A stretch of DNA of 64,000 nucleotides from Lingula anatina (taxonomy: Eukaryota > Animalia > Brachiopoda): positions 59,808,788-59,872,787 of the forward strand of contig CM120640.1 of NCBI GenBank assembly GCA_051362555.1, written 5' to 3'. The notes beneath the pieces are model-generated. The model was not told where the DNA came from and did no database searches. It saw nothing but the letters and a program-made list of their open reading frames with translations. The translations under genes and the position numbers were made by a program. This document shows, piece by piece, positions 62,752 through 64,000 of the stretch (the first letter of the stretch is position 1; each line of letters opens with the position of its first letter).

Positions 62752-63557
62752 GTGAGCCATTTTCTTTTGTTTATTTTTCCAAATCCTGCCGTCGAGCTAG
62801 CGCTCGTTAGCGTTCGCATATGGAGTAATCTGATCGGGTCCATGAATGCATTCACTTCTCCACATACCACCCATGAAACAGATCGGATGACTTGCACGCA
62901 GGCTCGCCTAAGCAGAGCTCCATCGGAAGTGCCCGTTGAAATGAAAATTGTACTCTTTCACAACCAGTTTATATACTTTGATAAATAAAGTTTTTTTGTT
63001 TGTATAAAAAATCTCAATTAAGTAAGTCTATTTTAAGATTTCTGGGATATGCAAAGCTACTATTTTGTTCAGATTTTAAGACATATGGGCGATGGATAAA
63101 ATTACTTAAGTTCTAAGATCCCCCATCAATTGATCTTATCTTGACAGTTAAATAATATGCTGGCTTTCATCGTGGGAAGGAGCTCTGACTCCAAAAGAAA
63201 ATTGAATGCTGAATTAGTGAAAATCATATTTAGTTGAGAAAAATATGGGGAAACGTATCTGGCATTCTTGGTTTCCATTAAGAAAATAATGTCCGATCCC
63301 ATTTCTATTACTGTGACAAGAAATAATTTGATTCACTTGGTATATAAAGTAAAATGATAAATAGGGATAAAGCACGAATTCGTGAAGTCAAACTAAAGCA
63401 TACAAAAGTTACTATTCAAATCCCTTGATCCGTCCACACTTTTCATCAACAAGCCTTATTTCCAGTGTAATTGTACATTTCATCCTGTCAAAAGAATGCA
63501 TGATTCAGTGCCGTTTGTTCCTGGCCAGCTTGGGTGGTCTTTCTACTTTGGTGAGCT

Positions 63558-63686
63558 GTTGCTAGGCAACTAATGTCGGGCTGCAGTTACATGAGCTGCC
63601 TGTGGGCTTAAGAACCAATCATCGCCGCGCTCTGCGCGCCATCAATCACGTCACCGCATTCCCGGGGGCGGGCCTTGTATGCAAAT
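63558..63686 (+). promoter_or_regulatory. Dense proximal promoter: RFX X-box, CCAAT, CRE half-site, GC box, octamer
   Basis: GTTGCTAGGCAAC at 63558-63570, CCAAT at ~63615, CACGTCA at ~63647, GGGGGCGGGC at ~63664, ATGCAAAT at 63679-63686; CpG-rich. Confidence 0.7.
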
Positions 63687-63785
63687 AACCAACATTGTGG
63701 ATTTCGATTCAAGCTGGTCTACAGATGTTATACGAACTGTCTCGTGGATTTACGCAAAAATTCATTGCTTTATGAAGAGAAAGCG

Positions 63786-64000
63786 ATGGAAGGCTGGTCT
63801 CATCCAGCTTTTAGACCCTCGGAGGTTCGTGGAATGTGATATTTTTGTGAATTTCTGATATTTTGAAGGGGAATTTCCGCTAATACTCCATGTGGGTCAC
63901 TCGGCTTTCTACTGGACCGCTCACAATGTCGGTGTTCAATGCGGTGTTTTCTTCGTAATTTCAGGGTACCACAATGACCGTACCTACTCGGAGGGAAGCA
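63786..64000 (+). CDS. 5' end of an unidentified gene (MEGWSHPAFRPSE|GTTMTVPTRREA...), runs off window
   Basis: Exon 63786-63824 (phase 0, GAG|GT); acceptor tttcttcgtaatttcag|63965 with an open frame to the window end. Confidence 0.4.

Overview
AT-rich, intron-containing eukaryotic DNA from an invertebrate animal; the repeat types suggest a mollusc or other lophotrochozoan, but the sequence cannot prove this. I reconstructed seven spliced genes by hand, in strictly alternating orientation. They are: a stand-alone clathrin heavy-chain terminal-domain gene (+), QPRT (-), a kinesin-motor/CCDC78 gene (+), membralin/TMEM259 (-), BABAM1 (+), LEPROT/Vps55 (-) and VCP/p97 (+). The 5' end of an unidentified eighth gene, apparently with three alternative first exons, lies at the right edge. 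Introns and intergenic spaces hold many non-autonomous DNA transposons (PIF/Harbinger, hAT-like, Kolobok-like MITEs, Helitron/HINE elements). Four observations stand out. (1) VCP has a tandem-duplicated, mutually exclusive 94-nt exon in the D2 ATPase ring, flanked by TGCATG (RBFOX) motifs. (2) A clathrin paralog stops right after the beta-propeller. (3) CCDC78 carries an N-terminal kinesin motor with degenerate switch motifs. (4) A Helitron-borne ~145-bp satellite has a DR1 nuclear-receptor element in every unit. Gene names come from my recognition of the translated motifs, not from a database search.
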